Shown here one piece after another: positions 23,539 through 36,984 of a stretch of DNA of 64,000 nucleotides (positions within the stretch are counted from its first letter, which is position 1; each line of letters begins with the position of its first letter). Under the pieces are notes generated by a model that saw only the letters and a list, made by a program, of their open reading frames with translations, did no database searches and was not told the DNA's origin. The translations under genes and the position numbers were made by a program. Source of the DNA: Amphiscolops sp. MND2022 (taxonomy: Eukaryota); NCBI GenBank assembly GCA_964187785.1, contig OZ076415.1, forward strand, positions 5,766,001 to 5,830,000, given 5' to 3'.

Positions 23539-25300
23539 TGTCGCAGGCTGCCGCCTGCGACGGGAATTACTATCAAATTCCCCAAGAACGCTCAGAAACC
23601 AACGCCCTACCCGGAGTACTTCCTATTTAGACAATTAATACTGAGGGTACTTTAAAACTACAATTGATTTTCATTNNNNNNNNNNNNNNNNNNNNNNNNN
23701 NNNNNNNNNNNNNNNNNNNNNNNNNNNNNNNNNNNNNNNNNNNNNNNNNNNNNNNNNNNNNNNNNNNNNNNNNNNNNNNNNNNNNNNNNNNNNNNNNNNN
23801 NNNNNNNNNNNNNNNNNNNNNNNNNNNNNNNNNNNNNNNNNNNNNNNNNNNNNNNNNNNNNNNNNNNNNNNNNNNGTCCTGTGCCTGTTTAGTTGATTGA
23901 AAGATTATAAATTGAATGTAAATTAGCTGAATTGGAAGCTTGCAAATAAACGCAATTAGGAAACGAGTTCAAATGAACTTTTGTTAACGCTCGGTGTAGA
24001 CACCGTCCGAGTTTAATCAGCCAATCACAGCGCTGTACTATTATATATATTTGCTGTAGCTGCGCGGACCACAAGTCTGCTATGGTACTATTTATTGCCA
24101 CCCCAGCACTTCAAGTAAATTATACTGTAGCTGTGCGGACCAAAGGAACGCAATGGATGTATTTATTCGATAAGATTTTGTATGCAGTGTGATGTAGATA
24201 TTTGGACTTTAAGTCCGTTAATGTATTATTAACTGACGAATGCCCATCATAGTATTTGGACGCCATGTAGTGCTTAAATAAACATGCACACATTCATATT
24301 TACGCGTGTTCCAATTGTATTCATTCCAAACTGAAGGCTAAGCCGCCTTCCCCCTTTTCCCCCTTGAACCTATTTAGCTTTGGAGCTATATTTAACATGA
24401 CATGTAATCATGATGTGTAATCATGATGTCACACACCCTGAAGTAACCCAATTACTTTTTTTAGTATCATGACTGTGAATTTGCTTGTCATGCAAAGTAG
24501 GGTAAAAATAGAAAGGCCCAAGAGACCAAGGGACCTTCTTTTGAAAGTCCTATCTTGATACAACTCGATTCAAAATAACTGCCTTCAATTGTGTTATCAC
24601 AAGTTTGCCTTCAATACGAATAGTACGCTTCCGTTTGTCTATCAAATAAATATCCGAGTTAGACTATTAATTCATTGTTGCTGGATTTGGAATTTCTTCG
24701 AAGCCTTCTACAAGAAAGCAAAAGGCTAAGGAAAGCCATTATGTCTGATGTAGAAAATGTTAATGTAAGGTTAGGAAGTTACTCGAGAAATGATGAGTGT
24801 AATGACCAGAGTGAAATAGAACTGACTTTATGCTCAGAGTCTAGCAGACCTCAACGAAATTCTAATTTAACAGGGGAAGATTTTAGGTCACTACTCGCCA
24901 ATAGTAGAGAAAACAGTGAAATAACTAATGAAACGACTAGGTTAATTAATGAAGAAATTTCGAACCAGATGTCAAGGAGACTCAGTGAAATCAAAACTAG
25001 CCTAATTTCCCAGATATAAGATGCAATAACAACCGCAATAACTTGTACGGTACTTCCTTCTATTCAAAATACGCTGGAAATGCAGGGGAGAGCTAATTTC
25101 GCCATGGTGGACCGAGGGTCTGCAGGGCTACATCCTGGCCCAAGGACGGCCAATTCCACCATGGAGAACCAAAAGTCCAGTGTACTACCACGGAGCCCCG
25201 AAGCGGGAATACCCAGAAAACGTGGGAAAATCGTCCCCGAAAGTGCTTTACGCAGGAAAACAGTAGACAAATTTCCCGACCGAGTTGAGTAGATTCTTAC
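23539..25300 (+). mobile_element. Truncated Gypsy element D (LTR-like 5' part + N-terminal ORF), relative of C
   Basis: Starts TGTCGCAGGCT like C. ORF GEDFRSLLANSRENSEITNETTRLINEEISNQ matches the degenerate upstream ORF of C. Internal ~72-bp and 14-bp direct repeats. Confidence 0.6.
23676..23875. other. Assembly gap (200 N)
   Basis: Run of N. Confidence 1.
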
Positions 25301-25329
25301 ACAAGCTCCAGTGTAATCAAAAACAGCAA

Positions 25330-25760
25330 TAGCATCCTCAAATGTTGCCGCCCAAAACCTAAATCCTACATCGTAGAAGCATTCGATAAATGTTTCATTG
25401 AAAGTAAATACTCTGTTGGACTTTAACAGCTAAAGTAAATCCTAGTTATACAAAAGTGATAAATTAGTTTCATGAGCAGTCTTTGAGAAGGTATTACATT
25501 GGCAGATGATTTTTTGCGACAAGAACAACATTCTATATGGCTCAATCTATAGCTCAATACGGCTCCAGAACAAAAATGCTGTGGGTAGATGTCATAGCGA
25601 AGGCCACCGAGTATATGAGGGAATAAATAACGAAATAAGTTTCGAACCATACGTGCTTCGACACTATTCGAACCATAGTTTCGATACTATCGATCACAGC
25701 ATCCTCTTGGGAAAAATAGATTAGTATGGCTCCAGAGGTAATATTAGTTTTTTTTCTCTG
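25330..25760 (+). mobile_element. LINE RT fragment
   Basis: FCDKNNILY...SFDTIDHSILLGK.D*YG.RG matches the LINE RT motif (AFDTVDHSILL.KL..YG.RG). Confidence 0.65.
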
Positions 25761-26381
25761 AGTAACACGTTTTCCGTGCTGCATGACTCAAGTGAAATTC
25801 GTAACATTTGTGACGAAAACTGTATTTCCAATCGGGATGAAAGTTGTTTTTAAAAACTTTTATTGAAGTCAAAAAAGACGGATTTAGGTTTGATTACAAC
25901 CAATGGACTTAACGACAAAACATGATTTTTGTTCGGTGTGAACATTCAAAGGTTTGAAATAATTTAAAATGTATCAGAAGGAAGTTTGTAAATTTTAAAA
26001 AAAAATTGGTCCAATTCAAAATTTCACATAATTTTAATTGCAAAATTCAAATTTTTAGAGCTAGACTTTTAATTTTTTAAATGATTCTGTTGGCATTTTT
26101 TGCTGCAATGGGGCATATAAGTTTTGTTGTGGCAAAAATCTGAAGAGGACTTTCATCCCAGCGGACGTGTCCTGTTTTTTTTTTTCTGGAAGGAATAGAA
26201 ATGGCTCAATTATGTTTTTCTGACTTTCACTTTGAAAGATAATAAGGACCAACTTTTCTGTGTTTGATGATTTTAATTAATTTCATGAAAGTGAATGAAA
26301 TCGAAAAATGATGGAGTTAGGTAAGAATACAACCAATGGACTTAAATTGAACGAACAAAAATGAAACGAAAAAAATGGAAC

Positions 26382-27488
26382 CTCGATTTTCCTTCACACC
26401 ACAACCGGCTCCCGGAATCCACCACCACGACCAGTCTTGCACCGAACTTGTCATTGATGTCCATTGAACTTCAAAATAATCGAAAATGATGAAGCAAGAT
26501 GAATTTGATTGGATTCCGCATGTGATGATAGTTTGATAACTGTTGTAAGCCTTGGCAGGTGCATATCGTTGTTGGAGTTTGTACCACGTGGCCACCAGAG
26601 CCCAGGATGCTTCGAAGTGTGGGTAGTTGAGTTGGAGAAGGGAGTTTATGGTTGACAGGTCAGATGCATCTGTGGTTTGTCTCTTGAACACATTGTTGGC
26701 TAGATTGACGTACTTGGTAGTTTCACTGCCCATTAGAGTCTGTGCTAGTTGATCATCCGAATGAATGTCTAATTCACCTGGGCTGGTTGAAACTAACTCA
26801 TTCCATGCTTCAATAGCTTGATTTTCTGCATCAGTGTATAGGTGTCTCGTACTAAAATCGTAATACGAAAGAGTAAAGGGGGTATGGCCTTGGTAGTTCG
26901 GGTTAAGATACTGAACCTGCTTGCGTTGGTCGAAAAAATCCCAAGACAAAACATGACTGGTATCGAAAAGCGAACAGAATTCCGAATCGTATGCTCTCCA
27001 CCAGTTATACAAGTTTCCATTCAAAGGACCCAAATTCGCTTCAGTGCACATGTAATCTACAAGGTTGTCTGCAGTGTTGGCATAAGCCATAGGGTAGATA
27101 GCTAGAACTGGATACTGACAAGTATTCCACGAGGAAGAACCGCAATAGTTTGAAACTACAATGTATCCAGTAGAGCAAACTGCTATTCGGTTGTTTTGAC
27201 TGTTCGGTCGTGTTCTTGATAACAGTGTTTGGTCCTCGAGCTGAACATACGTGCAATGAATCGAACTTGATTTACGAAGAAATCTGTCTCCATACTTTGG
27301 TCCGAAAGGCAAAATGAACAGTTGCTGAGACCTGGCATTGTCGACTTCAACTTCATCAAAGTGAGTGATGTTGGAGAGATTTGCAACAGAAGCATTAGCT
27401 GAGTCGATGAGATCCAAGATCCATCTGCCAGGAAAACCACAGTTGCTTGAAGACGTGAGGTTTTGCCAATTAACTGGAAGAACGTTGT
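26382..27488 (-). CDS. Host gene exon 4: end of NIDO-3 + most of NIDO-4
   Basis: Acceptor tgatttcAG|AC, length 1107 (3n), open frame. Motifs NLTSSSNCGFPGRWILDL, FILPFGPKYGD, TKYVNLANNVF, WALVATWYK, NSYQTIITCG, CFIIFDYFEVQWT. Donor CGA G|GTTCCA is phase 1 but weak in its intronic part. Confidence 0.8.
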
Positions 27489-28041
27489 CTGAAATCAGAC
27501 AAGAGAGACGGAAGCTTTATTCAGGTTTCAAAAAAGCACTTCAAAAATTAATTGAAAACTTCGAAAATTTTAGAAATCAAGCTGCAAAAACTTCAATCAA
27601 AAATTCATTTAACAATATCTGGTTGTTCTGAAAAGCAACGCAGCCAAATGGGTCAGTCTAGGTTGGATTAACCGTGAGGAATACCATAACCCTCAATATT
27701 GAAAGAACTTGAAAAGATAAAAATTAAACAAATATCTCAACAAAAAAACTTGAACTAATCCTCAAACACAAATGTGTGAGCATGGAGATTTTCCAACATG
27801 GATTTTCAAGGTATAATAAATTGGCCACCTTTCAAAAACTTTGTTTCGAAGATGAATCGATAGGGAATATAAAAAGCAAGCCGCGAAACTTTTATGGCTC
27901 GTTTAGTTCTCCAAGGGTAGCTCTTTTACACCTGTCAACAGATGGTCACAGATGAACAACCAAAATTCCCGGCACGCCATCAAGGTGACCTTGCAGCTTT
28001 AGCGGTGGCAGCAACCTGAGGGACAGCCCATGCTCCAGAGC

Positions 28042-31000
28042 TGTCGCAGGCTATCCCCGACGGTGAGAATACGAATCTGCCGCCGGGAGTACTGCCAATA
28101 AGAAACTGGACCTAATGTCTACCCGGCCAAGTTATTTGAAGTGGAAGTTTAGTACTTTTATGCGGTTATTTTTATTAGTGAATATGTTTTCTGCGCTTAT
28201 TCACTGATTGAATATTCTGATCGGAATTGTATGTAATCTTGATGTTAAACAAATAGCTTGAATTTATAGCAAGTAGTAATTGAAAAGTAACGCGTTCAAA
28301 TGTTTCCGTGCTTAGGCCAGATACACGCGCTGTCCGAAGTCGCATTGGTCAAACAAAAACGATTATGCTTACACGTGCTGTTACTAAACGGACGTTACTT
28401 CCATCGTGTTATTAATCTACCAATAACGTAACAAAAGAAAGTTACTGTAATATACATAATGGTGTTGTTTTTTGATTGGACCAAAAGTCTGCCTTGGAAA
28501 GGCAAGAACTACATGTAAAAGCCAAACCACTGATCACTGATTTCTCCATTAACCTGGTGACGTCGTAACTTGACGTCACTCTCACCCCTGGTTCACCGTG
28601 TACTATAAATAGAATAATTATGTCAGTATAGGATGCTACTATTCATAGTATCGTGACCCTCAATTTTGTGAAAGTCATGAAAATGATACTATATAAGGTT
28701 GACCCACCTTGAATATGGATCATCATTTTCGACACAATCAAACGATACACTTCACTGTGAAACTGATTTCATTCAACCTTGTTCTAATATTACTTTTACG
28801 CTTGTTTAAGCTTTCTGCTTTGTTTGAATTGTTAATCCCGCTATACATTGTTCTACCAGCAAAGACCTTCAATTCCAACTACTCGCGAGCAAAAGGTAAG
28901 GGAGAAACGATCTAGACAATCAGACCTGTTGTCTTATATGGAAAACTTAGAATTGATGCTTGGAAGTCACTCTAGGAATGAAGCTGAAACCTAGCTTAGT
29001 GAAAATGAGGAAAATCTGGACCAAAAGTCTAACGAGATACAGACTACTGGCAATCCTTGCGGATATATTTTAGGACTTTGCTTAATACAAACAAAACTGG
29101 AAGTAGTGAAATTACTGCAGAAACGGTTACTATGATAAGTAGTGAAATTACCAGCTAATTCTCGAACAAAGTGAATGAGATAAAGTTGGATATAAGTTTA
29201 AAATTAGAGAAGCAATAGAACAGGTTATTTTTGAGCGGGTAATACCGTCAATTTGAGGCTCATTTGGTGAACTAGTGAACGGTTCAGGTCCAATTTGGAC
29301 TTTGCGTCAGTGAACGACATTGGAGCCCTGAATTGAACTGTCCCAAAAGAGTTTGATGAAGCATCCCGAAAACGAATAGAAATGCTACTAATCAAAACGG
29401 TCACAAAAAGGGGGGCTCATTCGACACTGCTGTAGTGATGATGATTATGACATTGTGACGGGAACCAACCCAAGAATACGGTTCCTGAATTTATCACTAG
29501 ACAACCCATGCACCACGGAGAAAACTTACGCAATCCAGCTCATACCGAATCTCCAAATACGGGACCATCAGTCCCAAAGGCTATAGCCCCAAAATACATC
29601 TACTGACCCCATCAACCGTCTAGCAGAGGGATTAGTGGATATGAACAACAAACCATCAGCACAAACTCTAATAGTACGCCCAGTCATCACAAGCACAACT
29701 ACCCTGACGTTTGATGGCAAATCAGAGAAATTTGAATTATTCGAAGGACTTTTTCACACAATGATAAAGATGAAACCCGACATTACGGAAGTCATGACAG
29801 TGAATCATTTTCATTCACTGCTGTACAAAAACTTACTACAAACTTTCAGAAACATCAACACAGCAAATAAACAAACACTTCTTGAAGACATTCTGGCAGT
29901 ATTCCTACGGAAATACGTCACACCAGAATCTCAAACAACTCTGCCAAACATAAATGGCACAGACTGGCATTTGACCCAAGCAATATGAAATTACCCGACT
30001 TCCTTGAGGACCTCAACCAGGGTGCTGAAAAAGTAATTGGGGAAAATGCCCCAGCAGTGATTGATAGCCTCCTCTATGACAAACTACCACCAAAATTTAC
30101 ACGCTCAGCAATATGGCGCGAGTAGAAAACGCCACATATGAGGAGAAAGTCACACATGTAAAACAAGAATTGGAGCTCACTGGACTTGAGGAAGGTGATG
30201 ACATTCCAGTCCCAACAATGTCCACAGCCCCAACAGCAACACGAACAAGTAACGTCCTCTTCTCATCCGGTATAGACCCAGGGAACACATGCAACGTTTG
30301 TTGCAAAAAACCGGTTCATACCAACGAAGATTGATGCAAATTGAAAAGCAAGGTGGAAAGTAAACGCAATGAGAGTCTACCAAAAAAGAGTACCCAAACT
30401 GGCCGACCTGTGACAAAACAAACCACCCGGCCGAAAGATGTTAGACAGGCGCCGGAGCCCACCTCAAGCCCAGAGCTCTCAAACTGGATGATTCTAAAAC
30501 TGATGATGCGTCCACTAGTCACAATGACTCGAGTAGTAAACAAACTTCTTCAGTTCTAAATAACCCAACAAAACTAGATTTGCCACGACTCCAAAGAAAC
30601 GAAACACTTCGAGTCCGGCAAAATAAAATATTGGACGCCCCGATGTATTTCATATTGAATACTATTCTTCCCTTAAAAACCCTTCATCAGCTGACTGGCA
30701 GCACCAGATGACAATAACTCCTACAATATTGACTGACGTGGGCCACACGTCTGACAGAGTACACAATAAAAATCCCCCAGACCACTTCCTCTTATAAATA
30801 ACTACAACCCCTACTACCCAGACCCGGAATTTGGTTTTGACCCCTTTTGTGATATTCACCTCTTCAACCAACATCGCCTAACTTTCTCCCATAATTCTAA
30901 AAAGCACGACATCGAAATAGAGTCATTCACAAAATTGATGGAACCCTCAATAAATATCTGATCAACGCAGTAGTTGACCCTTGACATTGTGAAAGGGACT

Positions 31001-34000
31001 ACATGTTTCCTCCACCACCACATAAGCGAGAAAGCGAGTCGGATCAATTCTGGACCGAAGGTCTCGCTGGCCGCAGCAGTGGAAGCCCGTTTTGTGAATA
31101 CTCTCATCACGAGGACATGGGAGCCTGACAATGTACCGCTAACTACCAACCTCGGACTCAATTATGAACAACGAATGCTCTTTTTTCAATGGATTTCAAC
31201 AAACTAACATTAGATGACCTTGTAGACGCAGAAGTTCTATCTAGCGCACTTCCAGAAGCTGATCTACCTAAAATCTGACTATTAGCCCCTCAGTCTATTA
31301 TAAAAGAGGGCCCCCGCACCCAACTTCCAGATAGTGGTCGCCAATGGGCAGCTAGGAAGGCAAAAAAGCACTGTCGAATTGAAATTCGTGGTCGCTGATA
31401 TAGCAATCTATTTTATTGTCATGGAAAAACTCTCAAGTCCTTTGATTGCCCTGTCCTTCCTTCAATGGAACAACACCATTTTGGACATAAGACAGTGAGT
31501 CCTAAACATCCCTTTCTTTTCCATGCAGCTGAAAACAACAGAACATAAATATATCAACGGAACGGAGCACATTTGTATCAAGGAGGATGTAACCATCCCA
31601 CCTTATGATAGACACCTAGTCTCAATAGCTTCACAACTGTGCATGGACACTACAGTTACTGGTATACTTCAACCGAGCAATACTCTTCCGAAGATGGCGA
31701 TACAGCCTTCTGTAATGCTATAGTCAAATTGAGCAATGGTCAAGTTGCAGTTCATTCGAACAATTTCACAGACAGTCCCCCCGTGCCCTCAAAAGAAGTT
31801 CGCCAGTCGTTAATTTCACGGTCCTGACTCCAGAACAAATGAAATATGTCAAACCCATCGACCCGGTGAACACATGACACATCTTACAGGAAAACACTGA
31901 AAATGCGACCTTCGATGCAAGCAATCTGATCAAATCAACAAAGCCTGAGGACTTCAAGGAAAACATATTGTTTTCCCACACCAGAGGACCCTCAGAACCT
32001 GACACCAATCCAGAGATGCATTCTGAAGTAACTCCTGAAACTCGAAGAATTGGAGATACTCAATCCTCAGGACGACCCTGAGTCGAGACGACCATTTCTG
32101 AACAATTTTGATTCGGTGTATATCATGCTGCAGCCACAAACCCTGGATCGCATAGAAGACTTAATAGTCGAGTTTCAGGATGTCTTCGCTAGCAACTGTT
32201 GGAACATAGGCATGAATGAAAAATTAAAAGTCAAATTGACGCCTAAAGTTGATTCCCCGCCAATAGTATGAGTCTACCGACGTCAAATAGCCTCAAGAGT
32301 TAAATTCTTGTTGAAGTGGCGCTACCTCACCGTTATGGGATCAAAAAGACACCATTCTCCAAATACGCAAGTCCAATATTCGCACAAAAGAAATCGAACA
32401 GCGAACTGAGACTCCTAGTTGATCTTCGTAAAATCAATATCCCGATCTCAGATGATTACATCAACAGCAACCATCCAGTCAGTACGTTGACTGAAGCAGC
32501 TCAGCATATGGCTGGGAAGACAGTTTTTTGTAAGTTAAATTGCTCTCAGGGATATCACTGCCTACAAATGGCTGACCAAAGGTCTATCAAAATGCTTGCA
32601 TTCAATTGTGCGAGCCGTACATTTGGCTATCGTAGATTGGCACAAGGTCTCAGTTGAGACCTTTGGGTATTTTCCAGCTTTATGCGCGAATATTTAGACA
32701 AAGTCATAAAAGCTGAACAATTTGTCCAATACATTGATAATATCTAAATCGCTGCAAATGAAGCTGAACAACTCATCAGAACTCCGAGCAACTTTTCAAT
32801 GTATTCAGAAAGCATGCTTAAATCTGACCGTGCACAAAAGCCATTTCGGAGCGGTGGAAACAGATTTTCTGGGTCGCACAATCACTGCTGCCGGGAATAA
32901 GCCGCAGAGACCACGGGTCCACAACTTCCCGGAACTTACCAATTTTCCGGAATCTAAGATGCCTTTTCAGCGCTGGGCTCCTGAACTCGTTTTCAACTCG
33001 GGGTTCCTGAACTACTGCCAAAATTACGCCCAAAGGCTTTCAGAAAAATTTACACAAGGTTCTTGGTCGATGTTGTGAACTAGCTCTCAAACTACCTCTG
33101 CCAGACAAACAAATAGCTCCTATGACTGATGCTAGTTTTAAGGCATCAGGTTACGCAGTCCTCATCGAAGACAATCCGCTCGAGAAGTACACTTCAACGA
33201 AAAAATCCTTCGCACCAGTGGCTCACGGATCCAAGACTTTCAGTCCTTCCCAATTGAAGATTTTCATTTACGCCAAGGAATTTTTAGCGATCTTCTTTGC
33301 CTTGGGAGCTACGAGACCGGGAGCTACGAGATCATACTAACAAACAACAAGACGGTCGCACTATTTTTTCAAACAAAAATTATTCCGCCAACACTGTGGA
33401 ATGCCTGTGACTACGTCATACAGTTGAATTTTACAAATGCACAAATTCCTGGAAAAAACAACACAGCCGCGGATTACTTTTATCGTCTAGAAATTTTGTC
33501 CGGATTAGAGAAGATATACCAATAACGCCCATTGAACTCACTGTCAAATCAGCGGTAGTATCTGAGGAAGAACAAATGCTCTATACGGAAGACGTCTGTG
33601 TGACTGAAGAACAAACCTGTCAAAGAAACAAAGAAGTAAGGAATAATCCAGCAATTCAAACACCAGATATCTCACTTCAAAAACAGCGATAAAGTCATCA
33701 TCAAATCTCTATTCTTGAAAAATTGTCAAAAAACAATACGTTAGCCATCGAGCAGAATAACGAAATCACCTTACAGCCTTTAAACTTAAAATATTGAAAA
33801 TAGAGTACTCGAAAGCGATCTTGCTGCAAGATACTAGATTTAAACATTACTCGCGCCAATTGGACCGGCTGTCCAATATTGAAGAACTCATCACCGGCCA
33901 ATACTTCGATGTATCAGGGGATGTTAATTGCAACAAAGTGCTTCTACAAAAACACCTGGTACCCGAGCTACTTGAATCCCTTCATCGCAAAGCGAGTAGG

Positions 34001-35750
34001 CATCCTGGAATTCCAAACATGTTGCAAGATTTAAGATCCAAATACTATTATCCTGGCATAGCGAAAAACATCAAGAAGTGGATAAATGGTTGCGAAACAT
34101 GCACTCAGGATAAACGAGTTTATATTCCGTCTATCACACCCGAACTGCTTAACCTACCAAAGTGGGATCGCATTGCAAATCGATTTGTTGCTGATTGTAC
34201 CTCCAAGCGGAGGATATGAAATGATCAATACAGCCATGTACGTCTTTTCAAAATATCTATTGGCTTATACAGTCACGGATGCATCGGCCAAAAACACGGA
34301 AACGTTAGTATCGACAAAAAGATTAAAAAATAACAAGACGGAACGTCCCAAGTTGGCGCCATATCTTAGGCTCAAAAATATTCAAGGAACAACTATTGTA
34401 AAAATTTGGAAAAAAAAATTTTTCAAAAAAATTATTTTTGAAAATTTTTTTCGAAAAAAAAGTATTTTTTAAGTCGCAAAATGCCGAAAAACTCAAAAAA
34501 GGCCATTCAGGCTCATTCAACGTTTTCTACAAACCGAAAATTTCAAAAAAAATGCAAGGGGGTACCCTTTGATAAATTTCAAAAATTTTCGAAAAAAGTC
34601 GCATAGTGCCGAAAAAAACCCAAAGGGGGGGCCCTTTGGTCTCACCTGTACTTTTGGAAGCATTAAAAAATTTATGGTTTAGTGCGAGAATCGAACCCAC
34701 GCACTCCGGCTGGGTCGAAGATGGAAGATGAACAAATATGAAAGATGAACAAATTGTAAGAAAAGTGGACCACTCAGAGTGAGATTGTCAACTGAAAAAA
34801 ACAAAAAAAAAACTACTCACTGTAAGAGTCGGGCTTTTTTCCTTAAGGGAAAAGGCGCCGACTAAAAACACACCCATTGGACGACCGTTTTGATTACTGA
34901 CAAAGGAACAGCTTTTTCGTCAAAGTTGGTAGCAGAGAGTTAGTAGCGCACATTGTGGCAATCCCAATTCGACGTGCAACAACAAAACATCCACAAACTC
35001 TTGGAAATTAGTCACAAATAAATGTTAAAACAACCTCACGGGGTACAGACGACAGTGGCACAAATACTTGGCCCAGTACTACTGATAGTATTATAGTAAC
35101 CTTTAAAACGACCTGCCATGGCACCTTAGGTTGAGGCTGAATGAATTGTAAAAGTTTTTCTCGGGCCAATTCCATAATACAACATATTAGATCATCAATT
35201 GGGCCTTTAACCTAACTCGCAGGTCCTATCGACTACAGACTTTGCTGATGAACTTCAACGACGAACAAAAATACTAATTGACTCCACCATGAAAATTATC
35301 ATGCAAATTTGAAATATAAAAAATACTACGACCGAAAGGCTAAAGCTGTGCCTTTGAAACAGGACGAGTATTTTACCACCTATCGCTGACCACCAGGGAT
35401 CCAAAATCCCTTTTCGAGAATTGCGGTGACCTGTACCTTATTTTGGCGAAAAGGTCCTACTAAATGAAACCTACATAGTTGGAAAAAGCAACTCCAACAA
35501 AACATAATTCTTACAACGAATAACAAAACGCAGCTATGAGACAAACTGATAATCGTCCATGAGGCAATTTGAAGCCTGATGATGAAAGTATCATCCCATA
35601 GGATGATATAGATAGCATTACCTGGGAACCGACTTTAGAGAGTTTCCTGATTCAAATCAAAACGACAAAACGTTGTCACGCTCAATCGGGCTGTTACTGG
35701 ACATTGACGATGACCAAATTCGGTAATCCAATGGTCGGGGAGAGATTGAA
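28042..35750 (+). mobile_element. Ty3/Gypsy element C (5' LTR-like, upstream ORF, gag, pol; no 3' LTR seen), heavily degraded
   Basis: TGTCGCAGG start; gag TFDGKSEKFELFE and knuckle CNVCCKKPVH..ED; RT YASPIFAQKK, LRLLVDLRKIN, AQGLS, QYIDN; RH TDASFKASG; IN H...HPG...CETC, LITDKGTAF. Confidence 0.85.
34332..34868 (+). mobile_element. Helentron/DINE-1-like non-autonomous element inserted in the integrase of C
   Basis: AACAAG start, subterminal inverted repeat AGTTGGCGCC (34351-34360) / GGCGCCGACT (34854-34863), terminal hairpin 34827-34863. Integrase frame resumes as TTVLITDKG. Confidence 0.65.
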
Positions 35751-35884
35751 TAGCATATTCAGACGAAATGTGGAGCTAGGTTTGTAACAATGAACACAGC
35801 ATTTTTAGACGAAACGTGGAGCTAGTTTTGTAACAATGAACACACAGTTCAACAACTATGCAATTAGGTATCATACGAATTTTC

Positions 35885-36019
35885 TTTGACACTTTTGGAT
35901 GAATATATTTCCACATTTAAACAAAACACCCAACTTGAGAATAAGCTAGATGATATAGCGTATTCTCAAATTGGGTGTTTCGTTTAAATGTGGAATAATA
36001 TGAATCAAAAAGTGTCAAA
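35885..36019. repeat. Imperfect fold-back inverted repeat (~64-bp arms, ~7-nt spacer), MITE-like
   Basis: TTTGACACTTTT...GAGAATAAGCTA / TAGCGTATTCTC...AAAAGTGTCAAA, about 8 mismatches. Confidence 0.8.
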
Positions 36020-36342
36020 ACTTTCATTTCTTCAAGACAATTCTTTGCATTTTCGTAGTGCATTGGCTGCTCTTCGGCTTCAAAATTATGTCATTGTAGA
36101 ACAATTTGGGATGCAATCATCCCACTGGTGAGCAGGCGTCTTGTGTTTTTTTTGCTCTGAACTGCTGGACAGCTGTTTCGCAAATCGTTTTCCTTTTCAA
36201 TAAAAGTCCCGCTATAAATTTGTTGATATTTTAGCAAAGAACAAGCGTTTCGTGAACCTAAAGGCTGCTGCCCCTCTTTTAAGTTTTCGGCACTGCGGTT
36301 TTTGCTTAGCGTGCTCAATGCTGAAGGATTCTACTTCGAGTA

Positions 36343-36660
36343 TTTTTTAGTTGGCGCGTTTTCCTTTCAAGGAAAAATGCCCGACTACAGCAGTGACGTT
36401 TTTTTCTTCAGACAACATACCTCACACTGATCGGTCCACTCTTTAGGAACATTGATGAAACCACCTAAGGCCAATACCGGCCTAGGCAAACTTAGTGCGA
36501 AGGGCCTCCGTTTCATTTTTTACTTTTCAACGTAACTTACAAAATCAGACAAGACCAAAGGGTCCCCCTTCTCCAAAAAATTTCAAGTTTTTTCCAAAAA
36601 AATGTTTTGCGCCTTTTGAGCCTTGGATATAGCACCGACTTTAGACGTTCTCGTCTTGTT
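36343..36660 (-). mobile_element. Second copy of the Helentron/DINE-like family
   Basis: Minus strand begins AACAAGACGAGAACGTCTAAAGTCGGTGCTATATCCAAGGCTCAAAA and ends AGTCGGGCATTTTTCC...GGAAAACGCGCCAACTAAAAAA. A shorter similar start lies at 36856 (minus). Confidence 0.6.
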
Positions 36661-36984
36661 TGATGCTGTTCTGTTGTTAAGAGTTTATTGGAAATCTTTT
36701 CCTGAGCATTTTTAAAAAGCTATGTTCGCTCTCTTTGCACTTAAAGCGGAACGTCGACTTGGGAGACGAATACGAAAAGCACTGCCGATATGACAGTTAC
36801 TGTTTACCATCAAATGCATGGTATGAGCACCGACTTTGTACTGTTCGCAGCTTGTTACGTAATCAAAACAATACGGAGATACGAAAGTTATAGATACGAA
36901 AAAACGTAAAGATGGTCCTGTTATGCCACTGTTAACCCAAGTAGGTCAGTCAAAATGTGAATGTAAAAAGTTACAAGAACTCAC

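Noticed and set aside
23664-23900. 78-aa ORF
   Set aside because: Artefact of the N gap.
26793-27631. Short ORFs overlapping exon 4 (likewise those over exons 1-3, and antisense to gag/pol/LINE)
   Set aside because: Alternative-frame or antisense shadows of recognisable coding sequence.
35500-36340. 3' LTR of element C
   Set aside because: No second copy of 28042-28880 found; element is truncated.
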